Source: Octopus bimaculoides (taxonomy: Eukaryota). From it: DNA of 64,000 nucleotides. Positions 50,621 through 64,000 of this stretch are shown in pieces. The position numbers and the translations under genes were made by a program. The notes under the pieces are model-generated. The model searched no databases. It was not told the DNA's origin and worked only from the letters and a program-made list of their open reading frames with translations. How positions within the stretch are numbered: position 1 is the first letter of the stretch; each line of letters starts with the position of its first letter. Location: assembly GCF_001194135.2 (NCBI RefSeq), contig NC_068993.1:5123849-5187848 (forward strand), written 5' to 3'.

Positions 50621-53600
50621 GGTAACGATCAACAAGCTTTGAGACATAAATCAACTGTCAAATGCCACAACAACAACAAACGAAAGGAAAAGAAAAAAAT
50701 GGTTTGGTCACCGTTGGAATGCCTTTGATAATATGGCCTTTCAATATGGCTGAGATGGTATTAACTGACACCACACTAAACTGATGCATGGCTTGGTAGA
50801 AATGGCAGCCACATCTACCTCAAAAGAAACGACAGATTGTATGAAGTCGTTCTTGATACATTGTCTCTGAATAGAGAAAAATAAATTAATAAGATTGATT
50901 TCAAGTTAATAGATATAAATTTGCTTTGTTTTGGGGGTTTTTTTTGTTGGTTTTTATTATTTGTGTTTTTTTCCTATTTATATTATTTAAATAGGTACAC
51001 ATGCACACACACACACACACATATACATACATAAGTACACATATACACACACATGTACACACACACATACACACACGCACACACAGAGGCAAATAAAAAA
51101 TACAAAACAGGAAATAAACAACAAAAGTCACTTGGACGTACACAAGGAATATATTTGATCAATGCCCAGTGAAAGTTATAGATGGAAAAAATAGTAGGGG
51201 AAATGACATTCCAAGCATGGCTCTTCGTTGGAATGAGGAAAATGATGGGCTTCTACACAGTTTCCATGTACCAAATTTACTCACAAGGCAATCGTCAGCT
51301 TGGGTCTATGGTAGAAGACAGTTGCTAAAGGTGCCACAGAGTGAAACTGAACTTACAACCATGTGCATTGCAACCAAGATCATGTGGCTGTAATGCAAAC
51401 TTCTGAACTATGCATCCCCACCCATGCTTGTGGAGAAAAAAATGACTTGCTCAAAAGTACTCCTCAGTCCAGGAATGGAACCCTCAAACATAGGACCATG
51501 AGCCAAACACTCTAACCACTGGACTACATACTTTATCTTCACTGCATAATTATTTCTAATTAGAATTTTTTTTTTCTATAGTCATTACATTAAATATGTT
51601 AATACTAACTTAACGATTGTTTTTCATGCAGATGCCATCATAGAGTAATTAGCTTCAGTTAATTACTTTTTTTAAATATGTTACATTATTTTGAATATGC
51701 TAATTTCCTTCGCCTACTCATGTACATTACTCTGCATCTATTTAGTGATTCTTTCATCACCATTTCAGTAAATGCTCTCGTATTTATGCTTCAGTAACGA
51801 AGCCTAACAGCCTCGGATATTAAAATTAAATCTGAAATTAATGTGGAACCCCCTCTCACCTCTTTTACAACAGCAATCCTAACTTCTATTCTGTTTCTAA
51901 TAAACTATTCTTTTATTCCTTCATTCTCTTATTCTTTTACGTGTTTCAGTCATTGAGACCTGTGCTGGGGCATTATCTTGAAGGGGTTACTCAAACAAAT
52001 TGACAGCCTTTTTTTCAAACATTTATGAGAGAAATCATCTCAAAAATGTGTTTATCCTATTTAAGTAAAATCACAGTCTCTGGAGACTGTTTCATATTTG
52101 AGTTGTTGGAACACACTAAGGATGTGGCAAAATGTTACATCTATAGCAAGGTTCCTACTGAGTTTTGAACCTAGCTCCCAGATTTTCCCAGCTCAAAACC
52201 ATGACAAAAGGAAAAGTGTCACCATAAAAGACATCAATGTCATCAGAAATATGGCTAAGCCAATCAATACAGGCTGACATTTTATGGTTTATACTTTGAA
52301 CTTTAAGGGAAGGGTGTGATTTTCCCACAAGAAAACTTTGTTGAAGGTTCTAGAAAATGTGGTTTACAGTTATAAAAGCTAGTAAATTCAACTTCAGTCC
52401 AGAGTCACTTAGTAAGCTATATGAAACTAACTCACTTTTTTAGTGAGTTGGTCTTGCATACTCTTTTACTTATTTAACATGCTTTTGTTATATTCAAGAA
52501 AAGGTACCAAATTTCAGTTGTTGTCTCAAATAACACACAGTGGATTTAATTCCTTCTACCTCTTTGTATTCAGTGACTATACACTACTTCCAAAATATTA
52601 TCTATGTTGCATTATAGAAGATTCATAACTGATATATTCATCATCTCATGAATGTCATTCGATAGATTAGCTATATGTACTCATGTAAATATATATGAAT
52701 AGTATATGAAAATTCAGATAAATATTCATGTGGTTGTTCTTTTCACATGCATCCTACATGATACTGTGTCCTACCATACAAAACTTCTGATGTAAAGGAT
52801 ATAAAAATACTTATTTATAAACATGAAAATATCATAAGTTTCCATCATCCATTTCCTATTCTTTATCATTTTCCATGCAAAAATTCCTTCCCATCCTCAT
52901 CATCAGCAAGCTACCATTTCTGCTGCTACTGCTGCTACTGCTGCTGCTGCTGCTGCTAAGGCTGCATTTTCTTCTTACATCTTGGCATGGGTATGAAATG
53001 GAAACATTCTATCTTCTCTCTAAGTGAACTCTATCAAATATAAAAATATGAATACTTTTCAACCGAGCACATCTCTTTCCTAGAGTCTATCTCTCAATGC
53101 TAAAAAGACGAAAAGCAATCATAGAAAGACAATATTTTATTTTTAGTTTCTGGTTGGGTTTTTTTTTTATTTCTATTTTGTTTTTGTTACTTTCAGAACT
53201 ACAATTATTCCTATTTCTGGTTTCAACTGTCAATAAAGTTAGTCAGCAACCTGATGTGCTGCCTGTTATCAATTTTAAAGATTCTAAAATGACATGAAAT
53301 CAAATAAATTTCTTTTTGCATTCAAAATCTTCAGATTTACGCTAAGAGTTAGATACTTTTTCTCTAACCTAATGAAAATAAATCATATTTTCTCTCGATA
53401 ATGCAAATATGTCGACACTAAATTATAAACATAAAGCTAAACGATTAGAAGCTATGTTTGATGAAAAGCATGTTTATACAACTGAGGAATTTATAATCTC
53501 CACAAAATGTATCTTATTGTAAAAGACAATAATAATCATTAATGGTTTTCTATGGCATTTATATTAGACTTTAATTCTTATATAATATTAACTGTCTAAA

Positions 53601-53707
53601 ACTTTATGACGAGATTTAGGAGGTAGAAACTGAAATAACCATGTTCTGTGTGTGTGTGTGTGTGTATACAGAGAGAGAGAGGGGAAGATACATGTACATG
53701 TATACGC

Positions 53708-53761
<54 letters not shown>

Positions 53762-53802
53762 ATGTGCATACATATATGTATATGCATATATATACATATA
53801 CA

Positions 53803-53962
53803 TCATCATCATCGTTTAATGTCTGCTTTCCATGCTAGCATGGGTTGGACGATTTGACTGAGGACTGGTGAAACCGGATGGCAACACCAGGCTCCAATCT
53901 AATTTGGCAGAGTTTCTACAGCTGGATGCCCTTCCTAACGCCAGCCACTCAGAGAGTGTAGT
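53803..53962 (-). mobile_element. SINE-like family C, well preserved
   Basis: CATCATCATCATCGTTTAATGTCTGCTTTCCATGCTAGCATGGGTTGGACG...CAGCTGGATGCCCTTCCTAACGCC. Confidence 0.85.
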
Positions 53963-53964
53963 GC

Positions 53965-54003
<39 letters not shown>

Positions 54004-54567
54004 TACACAGAGCAATAGAAAGAGATAGAGAGAGACATGTATATAGAGAAGCACATGCGTATATGTGTGTATGTGTATATGCGTATATGTGTGTGTGTGC
54101 ATGTAAGCATGCACATGAATGTTACCATTCCTTGTTGCCATTATGACAAGTCGCTCTGTACTTTTGGAAACTTCTGGAATGAAATATTCCTTTTGTTAAG
54201 ACAAAAGGTGAAGATTAATGACAGGAAAAGCATCCAGTCATACAGTTCTACCATGAAAATCTCTTCATCTAAATACAGTGTAGCAGGGTGGGGGAACAGA
54301 CTTTAAATGAGCAAATGATGGTTTGATATTAAAGCGCAAAAGTTTTCATATTCTTTTTATAGCATCAGTGCTACAAAACAGGGTGAAATAACAAGTTGAA
54401 ACTGAGAATTAGCTGCAGTTTTTATTTGGAACAATTTTCTTTTGTGAAATTAACACTCTTAGAATGACGCAATAAGTTCAGCTACTATCTTCTACAAATC
54501 TCTCTGTTATTAATCTACTGAGGGCTTTTTTTTTTTTTTTTTTTAATAAATCCTTTTAATTTCTGAT

Positions 54568-55213
54568 NNNNNNNNNNNNNNNNNNNNNNNNNNNNNNNNN
54601 NNNNNNNNNNNNNNNNNNNNNNNNNNNNNNNNNNNNNNNNNNNNNNNNNNNNNNNNNNNNNNNNNNNNNNNNNNNNNNNNNNNNNNNNNNNNNNNNNNNN
54701 NNNNNNNNNNNNNNNNNNNNNNNNNNNNNNNNNNNNNNNNNNNNNNNNNNNNNNNNNNNNNNNNNNNNNNNNNNNNNNNNNNNNNNNNNNNNNNNNNNNN
54801 NNNNNNNNNNNNNNNNNNNNNNNNNNNNNNNNNNNNNNNNNNNNNNNNNNNNNNNNNNNNNNNNNNNNNNNNNNNNNNNNNNNNNNNNNNNNNNNNNNNN
54901 NNNNNNNNNNNNNNNNNNNNNNNNNNNNNNNNNNNNNNNNNNNNNNNNNNNNNNNNNNNNNNNNNNNNNNNNNNNNNNNNNNNNNNNNNNNNNNNNNNNN
55001 NNNNNNNNNNNNNNNNNNNNNNNNNNNNNNNNNNNNNNNNNNNNNNNNNNNNNNNNNNNNNNNNNNNNNNNNNNNNNNNNNNNNNNNNNNNNNNNNNNNN
55101 NNNNNNNNNNNNNNNNNNNNNNNNNNNNNNNNNNNNNNNNNNNNNNNNNNNNNNNNNNNNNNNNNNNNNNNNNNNNNNNNNNNNNNNNNNNNNNNNNNNN
55201 NNNNNNNNNNNNN
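54568..55213. other. Assembly gap (646 N)
   Basis: Run of N. Confidence 0.99.
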
Positions 55214-56685
55214 TATATATATATATATATATATATATGAACTATATATACAGTTTATACATATATATAAAAAAAACTATATATATATATATCAGAAACA
55301 GCATAAATAATATGAAGTCCATACTGTTAAAAAAAGTTCCTTCATTAGTGAAATATTAACTTTTAAAATTTATTCATACTTCGTTTTTTTTGTGTGTGTT
55401 TGTGTTTGGTGGAATCTGTAGAGATGATGGTTGTGGTGTAGAGAAAGTGTATATGAGATAAGGGGAGATAATTGTGTAGACGAAAAGTGCAGGGGATAAA
55501 GGAATGTAATGATGGAAGGAGTTTGCAACATGAAAGAAAGTCATTCATTTAGTACAGATTGTTGTTTTGTGCAAACCAACTTATTCACCGGCTCTTTCAT
55601 TCAATGTACCCACTCCCTTGACAATAAACACCCTACCTACTATCTCCTTTTTATGTTTACTATTTATTCCTCATTCTTATCGTTTGTTTTACTCCATTTC
55701 TTTCACCTATTTTTTTGTTTATTTCTTTTAATGACGGGATAATTGTTTATTTTCTTTACTGTTATTTGATTATTGTTATTTTTTAAAATTCTTTCATTCA
55801 AGTTTCATCCTTTATTTGTTAATCTAACATTGTCTTAATTCGCTTTGTTCTGTTTTTTTCTTTATATCTTTATTCTTCTATCCTTTGTTTTGTTTCCTTT
55901 CTTCAAATCAAAGACAATTCTTTCTTCAATTTATTTGTATTTATTTCATTCTTTATCCTTTACTTTATTCATTCCACTCATTTACTCTTTCACTCACTCT
56001 CTTATTGTATATTTTATCTAAAACAAAAAATAAATTTGTATCTAAGACAGACTTCAACGTATTTTTTTTTAAAATTATATTTGTTTCTTATTTTTACTAA
56101 ATATATTTTTTCCAGTTCTCTTCAAATTGACTGTTGGGTTATTCCCCTCTTAGTTTTCAAAATAAACTTTGGTACAGAAACTTCCACACATCCAACCTTA
56201 CATGATCATAGATTGCTGCAATTTTTTTTTCTTGTATCTTTTTTCTTTTTTGTTTCTCTCATTCACTATTATTTTATCACAAATTCAATAAAAAAAACCA
56301 CGATTTTGTTTTCACTTTATTTTCCCTTTTATAAATTTCCCTCAGATAAATTCTTCATCTTATTTTCTTTCTCACATTTATCTTTTTTGTTTATTTTTTC
56401 TTTCTCCTCATTCATTTTCTCTTTTATTCATATTGTCATTTATTCAACAAATCCCTCAATTATCTGCAACCTCTCCCGTGACTTCCGCATATAAAGTAAT
56501 GTTGTAATGCATATAATAACAGGGACCTTTTGTGGTTTTCAATTCTACCGTTATGTATATATTTCAACCTCTTTAATTGACAATACATTACTCATACAGG
56601 GAAGAGGCGACCATTCTTTTTGCATTGTTTCACCACGTGTGTAAGCATCTGTATCTGTATGTATATATGTGTGTGTATATATATG

Positions 56686-56738
<53 letters not shown>

Positions 56739-57239
56739 NNNNNNNNNNNNNNNNNNNNNNNNNNNNNNNNNNNNNNNNNNNNNNNNNNNNNNNTATATAT
56801 AAGAATGTGTATGTGTGTGTACATCTGTATCTCTCTCTCTATCTCTTTCTCTCTCTCTGCATCCTTCAACAATTATATGTATCTTTCATCTTGTTTATTG
56901 ATTAGATGTGCATGCGAAAGGGGTCAAGTTCTCAGATCCTTAGCTTGTATGCAAATGAGTGTTTTCACGTATGCATTTCGTTCGCGCTCACTTTCATATC
57001 TTCTTGCGAGCTGACTGTAATCTGACATTGTCCCCTGATTTCTTTTCATCAGCTTCTTTTACAATCTCTCTCTCTCCCTTTTTAAAATTTCCATAAATCC
57101 CCTTTTACTGTCTTAGTTTACTTTTCCTGGTGTTACGACACACCATCCATCTATCTTTAGCAGCTTGTTTCTACTCTGTTTCATTTTAATTTCAAGTAAT
57201 CTTCTATTTCCTTCCATTATAAACACACTTTCTCCCTCT

Positions 57240-57261
57240 CTCTTTTCCCTTTCTCTCTCTT

Positions 57262-57343
<82 letters not shown>
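57240..57343. repeat. (CT)n/(GA)n microsatellite
   Basis: Long CT dinucleotide array. Confidence 0.97.
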
Positions 57344-57346
<3 letters not shown>

Positions 57347-57944
57347 CATATTCCATTGCTCCAGCAAGCAAAACAAGAGAAAACAAAGCAAAACCACTTA
57401 TACAAGCAAACACTCCCTTATAATACATTCTTATCTCTTTATTTGTTTGTATATGTCTTATTCTAAATTTAATTAGCTTCGATAATGCAGTGAAATCTAT
57501 ATGTATAAAAAAATTAAGACTAAGATTTAAGATAAAGTCTGATAAAATGTCATGAAATTCAATGATTCCAACAAGAAGACATGTAAAAAATATCTCTATA
57601 AATTTACGTATGTTCAAATCTCTGAAATAAGAACTTAACTTCATCGACAGAAAAGATCTTCAGTTTTCATATGACACCAAATAAAATTGGATGCAGCACA
57701 GATCATGGCAAAAAGGTGATTAAATTGCATAAAAAATATTATACTCTATGAGATTCTTATGAAAGACTTTTTACTGTATTTTGAATGATTCTTTGATAAC
57801 ATTCTGATCGAATACTTTGATGGCGGAAACCATTGATATAGTTTTACAATGACTTAAAGAAATACAATTGCTTGAAAGCAGACAGAGTTTTTAGGACAAC
57901 ATCGAAGACTTCAGCTTGTATTCGAAAGTAAAAAATGTCGGTGT

Positions 57945-58130
57945 GTGGCCCAGTGGTTAAGGTGTTGCGCTAATGATTGTAAGATTATAGTTTCGATTCC
58001 TGGATCGGGCGATACATTGTGTTCTTGAGGGGGTAAGTTAATTACATCGACCCCCAGTGCTCTCCTGGTACTTATTTTATTGTCCCCCCCCCAAAAAAAA
58101 ATGGATGAAAGGTAAATCATCCTTGACGGG
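57945..58130. mobile_element. Composite SINE: tRNA-like head (+) fused to an inverted family A segment (-)
   Basis: GTGTGGCCCAGTGGTTAAGG...GTTTCGATTCCTGG (A-box and B-box-like) is followed by ATTACATCGACCCCCAGTGC...GGTACTTATTTT, the reverse complement of the family A core. Confidence 0.65.
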
Positions 58131-59684
58131 ACAATGATGATGATGATGATAGTGGTGATAGTGATGTGATAGTGATGTGATAATGGTGGTGGTTGTGGTG
58201 ATGATGATGATGACGGTGGTAGTGGTGGTGGTGATGACGGTGGTTGTAGTGGTGGTGGTGGTGGTGGTGGTGACGATAATGATGAAAATCACCCAGCAAG
58301 CCTGTACTTGTTCAAGCTATTGACCCACATAACCAAATTCAATGGCGAAGAAGTTCAACTTGAATGGCTCAAACTGGAAAGTTGATGGTCAAACTTCACT
58401 GAATTGTTGATAAAATGTTTTGGTATTCTCTTTGAGACATAATTAATTCACAATAACACACGTATCTATTCATTCCTGTCATTGTTTGGACTCCTGCTGT
58501 TCAGTGTACACCCTATGAATTATTATCTGCTTGGCAGACAACAAAACACATCAGTAAATACGATGGTCTGGTGGTGGTGGTGGTGGTGGTGACGACGGTT
58601 ATGATGGTGATGGTGATGGTGGTGGTGATGACGACGATTATGATGGTGGTGGTGGTGGTGATGATTTTGATGGTGATGATGATGCTTATGATAGTGATGA
58701 CGACAGTTATGATGGTGATGATGATGGTTATAATGGTGATGACGACGGTTATGATGGTGGTAGTGGTGGTGGTGGTGGTAATGAGGAGGATAATTTTACG
58801 CCTGAATTCTATTCTCAATACCTAGCATAGCTTGCCAAGTAATGATTGCCGCTTAGCTCTGCACCCCTACCCTACCTGCAATGGTTATGTTCTGATTAGT
58901 GGCATCCAAGCCATAATCATCTCAAGTCATTTTTCATTTTTTTTACCTTTTCACAACTATACCATGTCAAGAACTGCATTATCCAACGTGTACTTCATAC
59001 CTTCATTAAGACGATCGAATGTGATTTTAGGTGAGGAAATCTCATTGCTATTTCTAGCAAGTCTATGACATTTCTTGTTGGTTCAGCCTTTTGGCTGGCA
59101 TCAAAACATTGTATTCATTATTAGCTTATATCTGACATGTTTCTAACATGAAGAATTCAATACTAAATCGATTTCTAATCAATGACAAATTTGTTAGAGC
59201 ATGATTGAGATTGGTCCAGCGTTGACCTGATATTACAGATCATGACGTTGATGTCATATCAGATAACTTACTGGTTCTTTGTGCTGTGTTTCCTAAGAAC
59301 ATACTAGATAGACAGAGACATATGTTTACCTCCTGACTCGCATTCCGATACCTTCATTATTCTTAATATTGGCTCGTTGTTGTTTCATTGTTTCGTTCTT
59401 GTTGTTGTTGTTGCTGCTGTTGTTTTACATATAAATAGGCACCAAGCCTGACATCTTGAGAAGATACAGTCAATTATTCCTATTCTAAATTATCATTGGT
59501 AATTTATTTTATCAAGCTTGGAATTATAAATGGCAAAGTTTATTTTGGCGGTATGAGAGTAACAGCAACTGAGTTATGGAGAGATCTGCCAACTGTCTAA
59601 ACATCCATCATTGGTTTGCAACTTCTTACAACTGCCACATGGCGTTGTATGCATATATATATTTCGTCCAACAGCTTTTATTTC

Positions 59685-59816
59685 TGGAGTAAAGATCATT
59701 TGCCAACATAGCATGGCAGTCCTGGTTTAGGACGAATGTTGCTGTAATTTAGCCCCAGGAGATATTTGCCCCAAACCAGGACTGCCATGGTATGTTGGCA
59801 AACAATCTTTACTCCA
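59685..59816. repeat. 44-bp imperfect inverted repeat (41/44), MITE-like
   Basis: Arms 59685-59728 and 59773-59816 with a 44-nt spacer. No TSD recognised. Confidence 0.85.
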
Positions 59817-60174
59817 AAGTACTGTTGCTGAATATCTCTCATTGTGAGATTTACAAATAGTAATTTTCTAGCATATATTTCTATTGAACGCAGAGCTGCA
59901 CATGTGGTTGTGTGGTTAAAAAGTTAAAAAGTTCTGTTCCAAATGATGCACTTTTGAGTTCAGTCCTACTATGTGGTACCTTAAGCAAGTATTTTCTGTT
60001 ATGGTACCCAAGCTGATTAAGGCCTTGTGAGTGTATTTGGTAGACAGATACCGAAAGAAGTCCTTTGTAATGTACACAGATGTGCTACCATTACATTAAG
60101 CAAAGTCTTCAGTCTGTCTGCTATCAAATTAGATGCTTTAATGTTACCAGAGTGTAGATTTATTCACATTTAGT

Positions 60175-60504
60175 AAAAGGAGCACTCCGTCGGTTATGAC
60201 GACGTGGCTCCCAGCTGATACGATCAATGGAACAGCTTCCTTGTGGAAGTAACGCACAAGTGGCTGAGCACTCCACAGACACATGTACCTTTAATATAGT
60301 TCTCAGGGAGATTCAGCATGACACAGAATGTGACAGGGCTGGCTCTTTGCAATACAGGTACAACTCATTTTTTGCCAGGTGAGTGGACTGGAGCAACATG
60401 AAATAAAGTGTCTTGCTCAAGGACACAACATGTCGCCTGGAATTGAACTCATGACTTTACGATTGTGAACCAAGTGCCCTAACTACTAAACCATGCACCT
60501 TCAC
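60175..60504 (-). mobile_element. tRNA-derived SINE family D with 11-bp TSD
   Basis: Homologous to 1886-2243; TCACATTTAGT duplicated at 60164-60174 and 60505-60515. Confidence 0.85.
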
Positions 60505-62120
60505 TCACATTTAGTGCTTAAATGTAGAAGCATTGAGAGATATGTAAATAAGTTCTTTATTAATGTTGTATCTCGGTGCAAATCAGCTAAAAATAAAAGC
60601 TTGCCATACATTGGATTAAAAAAATAAATCCTTTATTTTATGTTTAATTTCATTGTAAATAACGACCACGGTAAGTAAACAGTGGCAGTGGTGGTAGTAC
60701 AGAAACCATATGATTGATGAGTGCTTCAATAAAACTGTAGCGTTATGCCTAAATTCTCCCAAGTGCATAGAGAAAGCTACAGAAAGCCACATCAGTAGAA
60801 AAAAGACGAAAAATCAATATTCACCTTATCACTTAAGTGAAGACTAATCACTCATTAGTTGATATCTATAATTAGAAAAACACTCAAGCAATTCATTTAC
60901 TATTTGGTCACATTTACATGAGATAAATAGACTTCTAAAAAGAATTGTTAATATAATCTTCCAATAACTTTATCTGTTGGGAGTAACTATGAGGTATATT
61001 TTCCATATTCTAATTAAGGATAATAATTATCTTAGTGCACCTATTAATATCAAATGCTTATGTTTGTATTACTATCCATTAGAAAGTGTTTGTTACTAGT
61101 TTATAAGTAGCATTGTGGACTTCAGTGTCTAATACTCTAATACCTGTGTGTTTGTGCGTATAAATTATCATGTACACGTGTGCATCTATTAACTTTGATT
61201 TTGTTACCTGTTGCGTCTAATGCTATGTGTCATGTACAAATATTTATGTGTATGTATCTATGTATGTATATGTATATATGTATATTTATAATATATAAAA
61301 TACTTATATACATATATATATACATATTCATATATGTATACATGTACATACGTATGTGTTAAATATATATGTATATATATGTATATGATATATAAATCAT
61401 CAAATGTATATATGTATATAAACAGAAACACATATTTATGTCTACACAGACAGAAACACACATATACACATACTAAACATCTGCACATTTACATGTGCAC
61501 ACACAGACTTATATAGATGTTAAGATCATGTAACCTTGAAGCATTGTTATCATAAATCTATGTAAATTTGCATACAAAATCCCCCAAACAACAATAGCAA
61601 CAACAACAACAACAACAACAACAAAAGCAACAACAACAAAGCAATAACGACAAAACAACAGAAGTGAGATAATAAATAAATATAGAAAATCATTAAAAAG
61701 CCGTTTTTCTTTAAACATGCCTGAAAATCTGGTTCACCATTTATACAGGTATATATGTATGCACCTATGTCATTAATGTGCATGTGTGGCATTGTGCATA
61801 TTTAACATATTTTCATGTAGATATATAAATAAATATATATATATATATATATACATATGTATGTATGCAAAATTAAAATGTAATCAGAAGTAATTAATCT
61901 TTCCAATATTGACAATCGCTGTCAAAATTCTTCCATTAGAAATTCTCCAAGAGAAACATTTTATATTTGTAAAATTCTTGGAAGCATAATTTCTCTTAAA
62001 AACTAAAATGTCAATAAAGATTGCAAATATAAATATTATTTCCATTTTAAAGCCAATTTGAGGCAGCTAACACAACACCTTTTCAGTATGTATGCATACT
62101 CATAAATATGTATATATATG

Positions 62121-62152
<32 letters not shown>

Positions 62153-62522
62153 NNNNNNNNNNNNNNNNNNNNNNNNNNNNNNNNNNNNNNNNNNNNNNNN
62201 NNNNNNNNNNNNNNNNNNNNNNNNNNNNNNNNNNNNNNNNNNNNNNNNNNNNNNNNNNNNNNNNNNNNNNNNNNNNNNNNNNNNNNNNNNNNNNNNNNNN
62301 NNNNNNNNNNNNNNNNNNNNNNNNNNNNNNNNNNNNNNNNNNNNNNNNNNNNNNNNNNNNNNNNNNNNNNNNNNNNNNNNNNNNNNNNNNNNNNNNNNNN
62401 NNNNNNNNNNNNNNNNNNNNNNNNNNNNNNNNNNNNNNNNNNNNNNNNNNNNNNNNNNNNNNNNNNNNNNNNNNNNNNNNNNNNNNNNNNNNNNNNNNNN
62501 NNNNNNNNNNNNNNNNNNNNNN
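62153..62522. other. Assembly gap (370 N)
   Basis: Run of N flanked by (TA)n. Confidence 0.99.
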
Positions 62523-63439
62523 ATATATAAAACATATATATAAAACATTATATATAAATATATATATATACATATATGAATGATATATATATATATATAT
62601 AAATATATCTGGATTAATTAATGAAACAGACTGTTTAATTTAATGTCAGTTTCTATCTCAAAATAATATGTAATTACCAATTTGTTCAAGCTTTATGATT
62701 TTTATTTCACTTTTATTAGTGTCATTATTAGAATTTCATTATATTTTTATTTTCTTTCAGTTTCTATTTTCTATTTTAATTATTCCTTGATGTTTACTTT
62801 TTTGTTTAAAATGTTTCCTGCCAACCACCAAATGCACAAATGTCTGTTGTTTCTAACATACCTGTAGAACATAATAATGCAATCATTATTCTATTGTTTT
62901 ATATGCTTGCTGCTCTTATTTAGCATAACGATATCGACATATTATTTCAATGAACATTTTAACAACCAGCAGGTTATAGAAGCTTAGAATGTTAACCCTG
63001 ACTGCTGTATTATTATAATTTCATTCATTAGTTGTATTATATCAGCATTGTATACCGGCACACTGATGGAGTTCTAAAGCATATAAGTACAGAATCAGTG
63101 TGGTGATTAGATTAATGCACTTGCTAAAAGCTATGCTATATTTCAAGTTCACATAATAAAGTTATATTCTTTTAAGTAATGACATTACAGACAAATGCAC
63201 AAAATTGCATAATTCTCAACAGGAAGTTAATGGCATTTCTTTTTCTTACGCGCTCTCTCTTATATCTGCCATATTTAATACTTGAATAATTAAGTCATCT
63301 TTATAGAATATACCAATTAAGAAAACGCAATTATGTCCATTTTAGAAACTTTGTGATTCCACACTAGCATTTTCCACAGGGGAGAGAAAAAAATCTGATA
63401 AAATGCATTTTTTTGAATTATTCTAAATTTGATTGCAAT

Positions 63440-63880
63440 GAATGCGTGATTAAGAAGTTTGCTTCCCAACTACATGGTTTTGAATCCAACCCTGCTGTGA
63501 GGCACCTTCAGCAAGTGCCTCCTATTATAGCCCCAGGCTCACCAAAGCCTTGTATGTGCATTTAGTAAAAAGAAACTGAAAGAACCAGTTGTGTACACAA
63601 ATACATACACATATACATATGTATGTATGTGCATATATATATACAATGGACTCTCTCATCATTAGACGATGTATGAGGTTTCAATGATTCCTTATCGAAC
63701 AACCACACAAATGATTTATGCATAGGGATCAAATGTTTGTGTAGATATGAGCTCACTCCCTCCATCGGATCAACATTACCTGTACAGGTAAGAATAAGTT
63801 CTGGAGTTGATTTGTTCGTGTAAAGGCGGCACTCCAGCATGGCCACAGTCAAATGACTCAAACAAGTAAAAGAATAAAAG
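63440..63880 (+). mobile_element. SINE family B with about 150 bp of unrelated sequence inside it
   Basis: Head 63440-63590 and tail 63790-63880 match family B; 63640-63790 does not. Confidence 0.7.
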
Positions 63881-64000
63881 AATGTATATATATATATAAT
63901 ATTAGCGATAAAAATCCAAAATTACAGGTAAAAACTCAAGATCAATTTATAAAAAATTAAAATTAAATTAAGTTTCACAGTATTAAATATATATATATAT

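Noticed and set aside
57945-58015. tRNA gene
   Set aside because: A-box and B-box-like motifs are present, but there is no closing acceptor stem or anticodon arm and it is fused to SINE sequence. It is a SINE head.

Overview
AT-rich eukaryotic non-coding DNA, most likely intronic or intergenic. It is saturated with di-, tri- and tetranucleotide microsatellites and has ten N-gaps (1730-1796, 7877-7914, 10761-11570, 19506-19515, 24156-24495, 25307-25611, 31370-31473, 54568-55213, 56739-56793, 62153-62522). The repeat landscape resembles an Octopus draft assembly; this is inference from recalled repeat families, not a search. I found no confidently identifiable protein-coding gene, tRNA, rRNA or CRISPR array, and almost all supplied ORFs are translations of microsatellites or gaps. 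The best-supported elements are: (1) a decayed Penelope-like retroelement (RT plus C-terminal GIY-YIG, Hydra-clade-like) at about 28790-30850; (2) a TSD-flanked ~0.3 kb insertion at about 39.5 kb with a perfect 93-bp inverted repeat carrying a minimal type I hammerhead ribozyme motif, plus weaker hammerhead relics at about 23.9 kb and 5.4 kb; (3) a 148-bp hAT-type MITE with an 8-bp TSD; (4) two copies of a mariner-derived MITE; (5) RTE and Tc1-like fragments; (6) many copies of four SINE-like families. A few isolated candidate exons are listed at low confidence only. Coordinates of decayed repeats are approximate.
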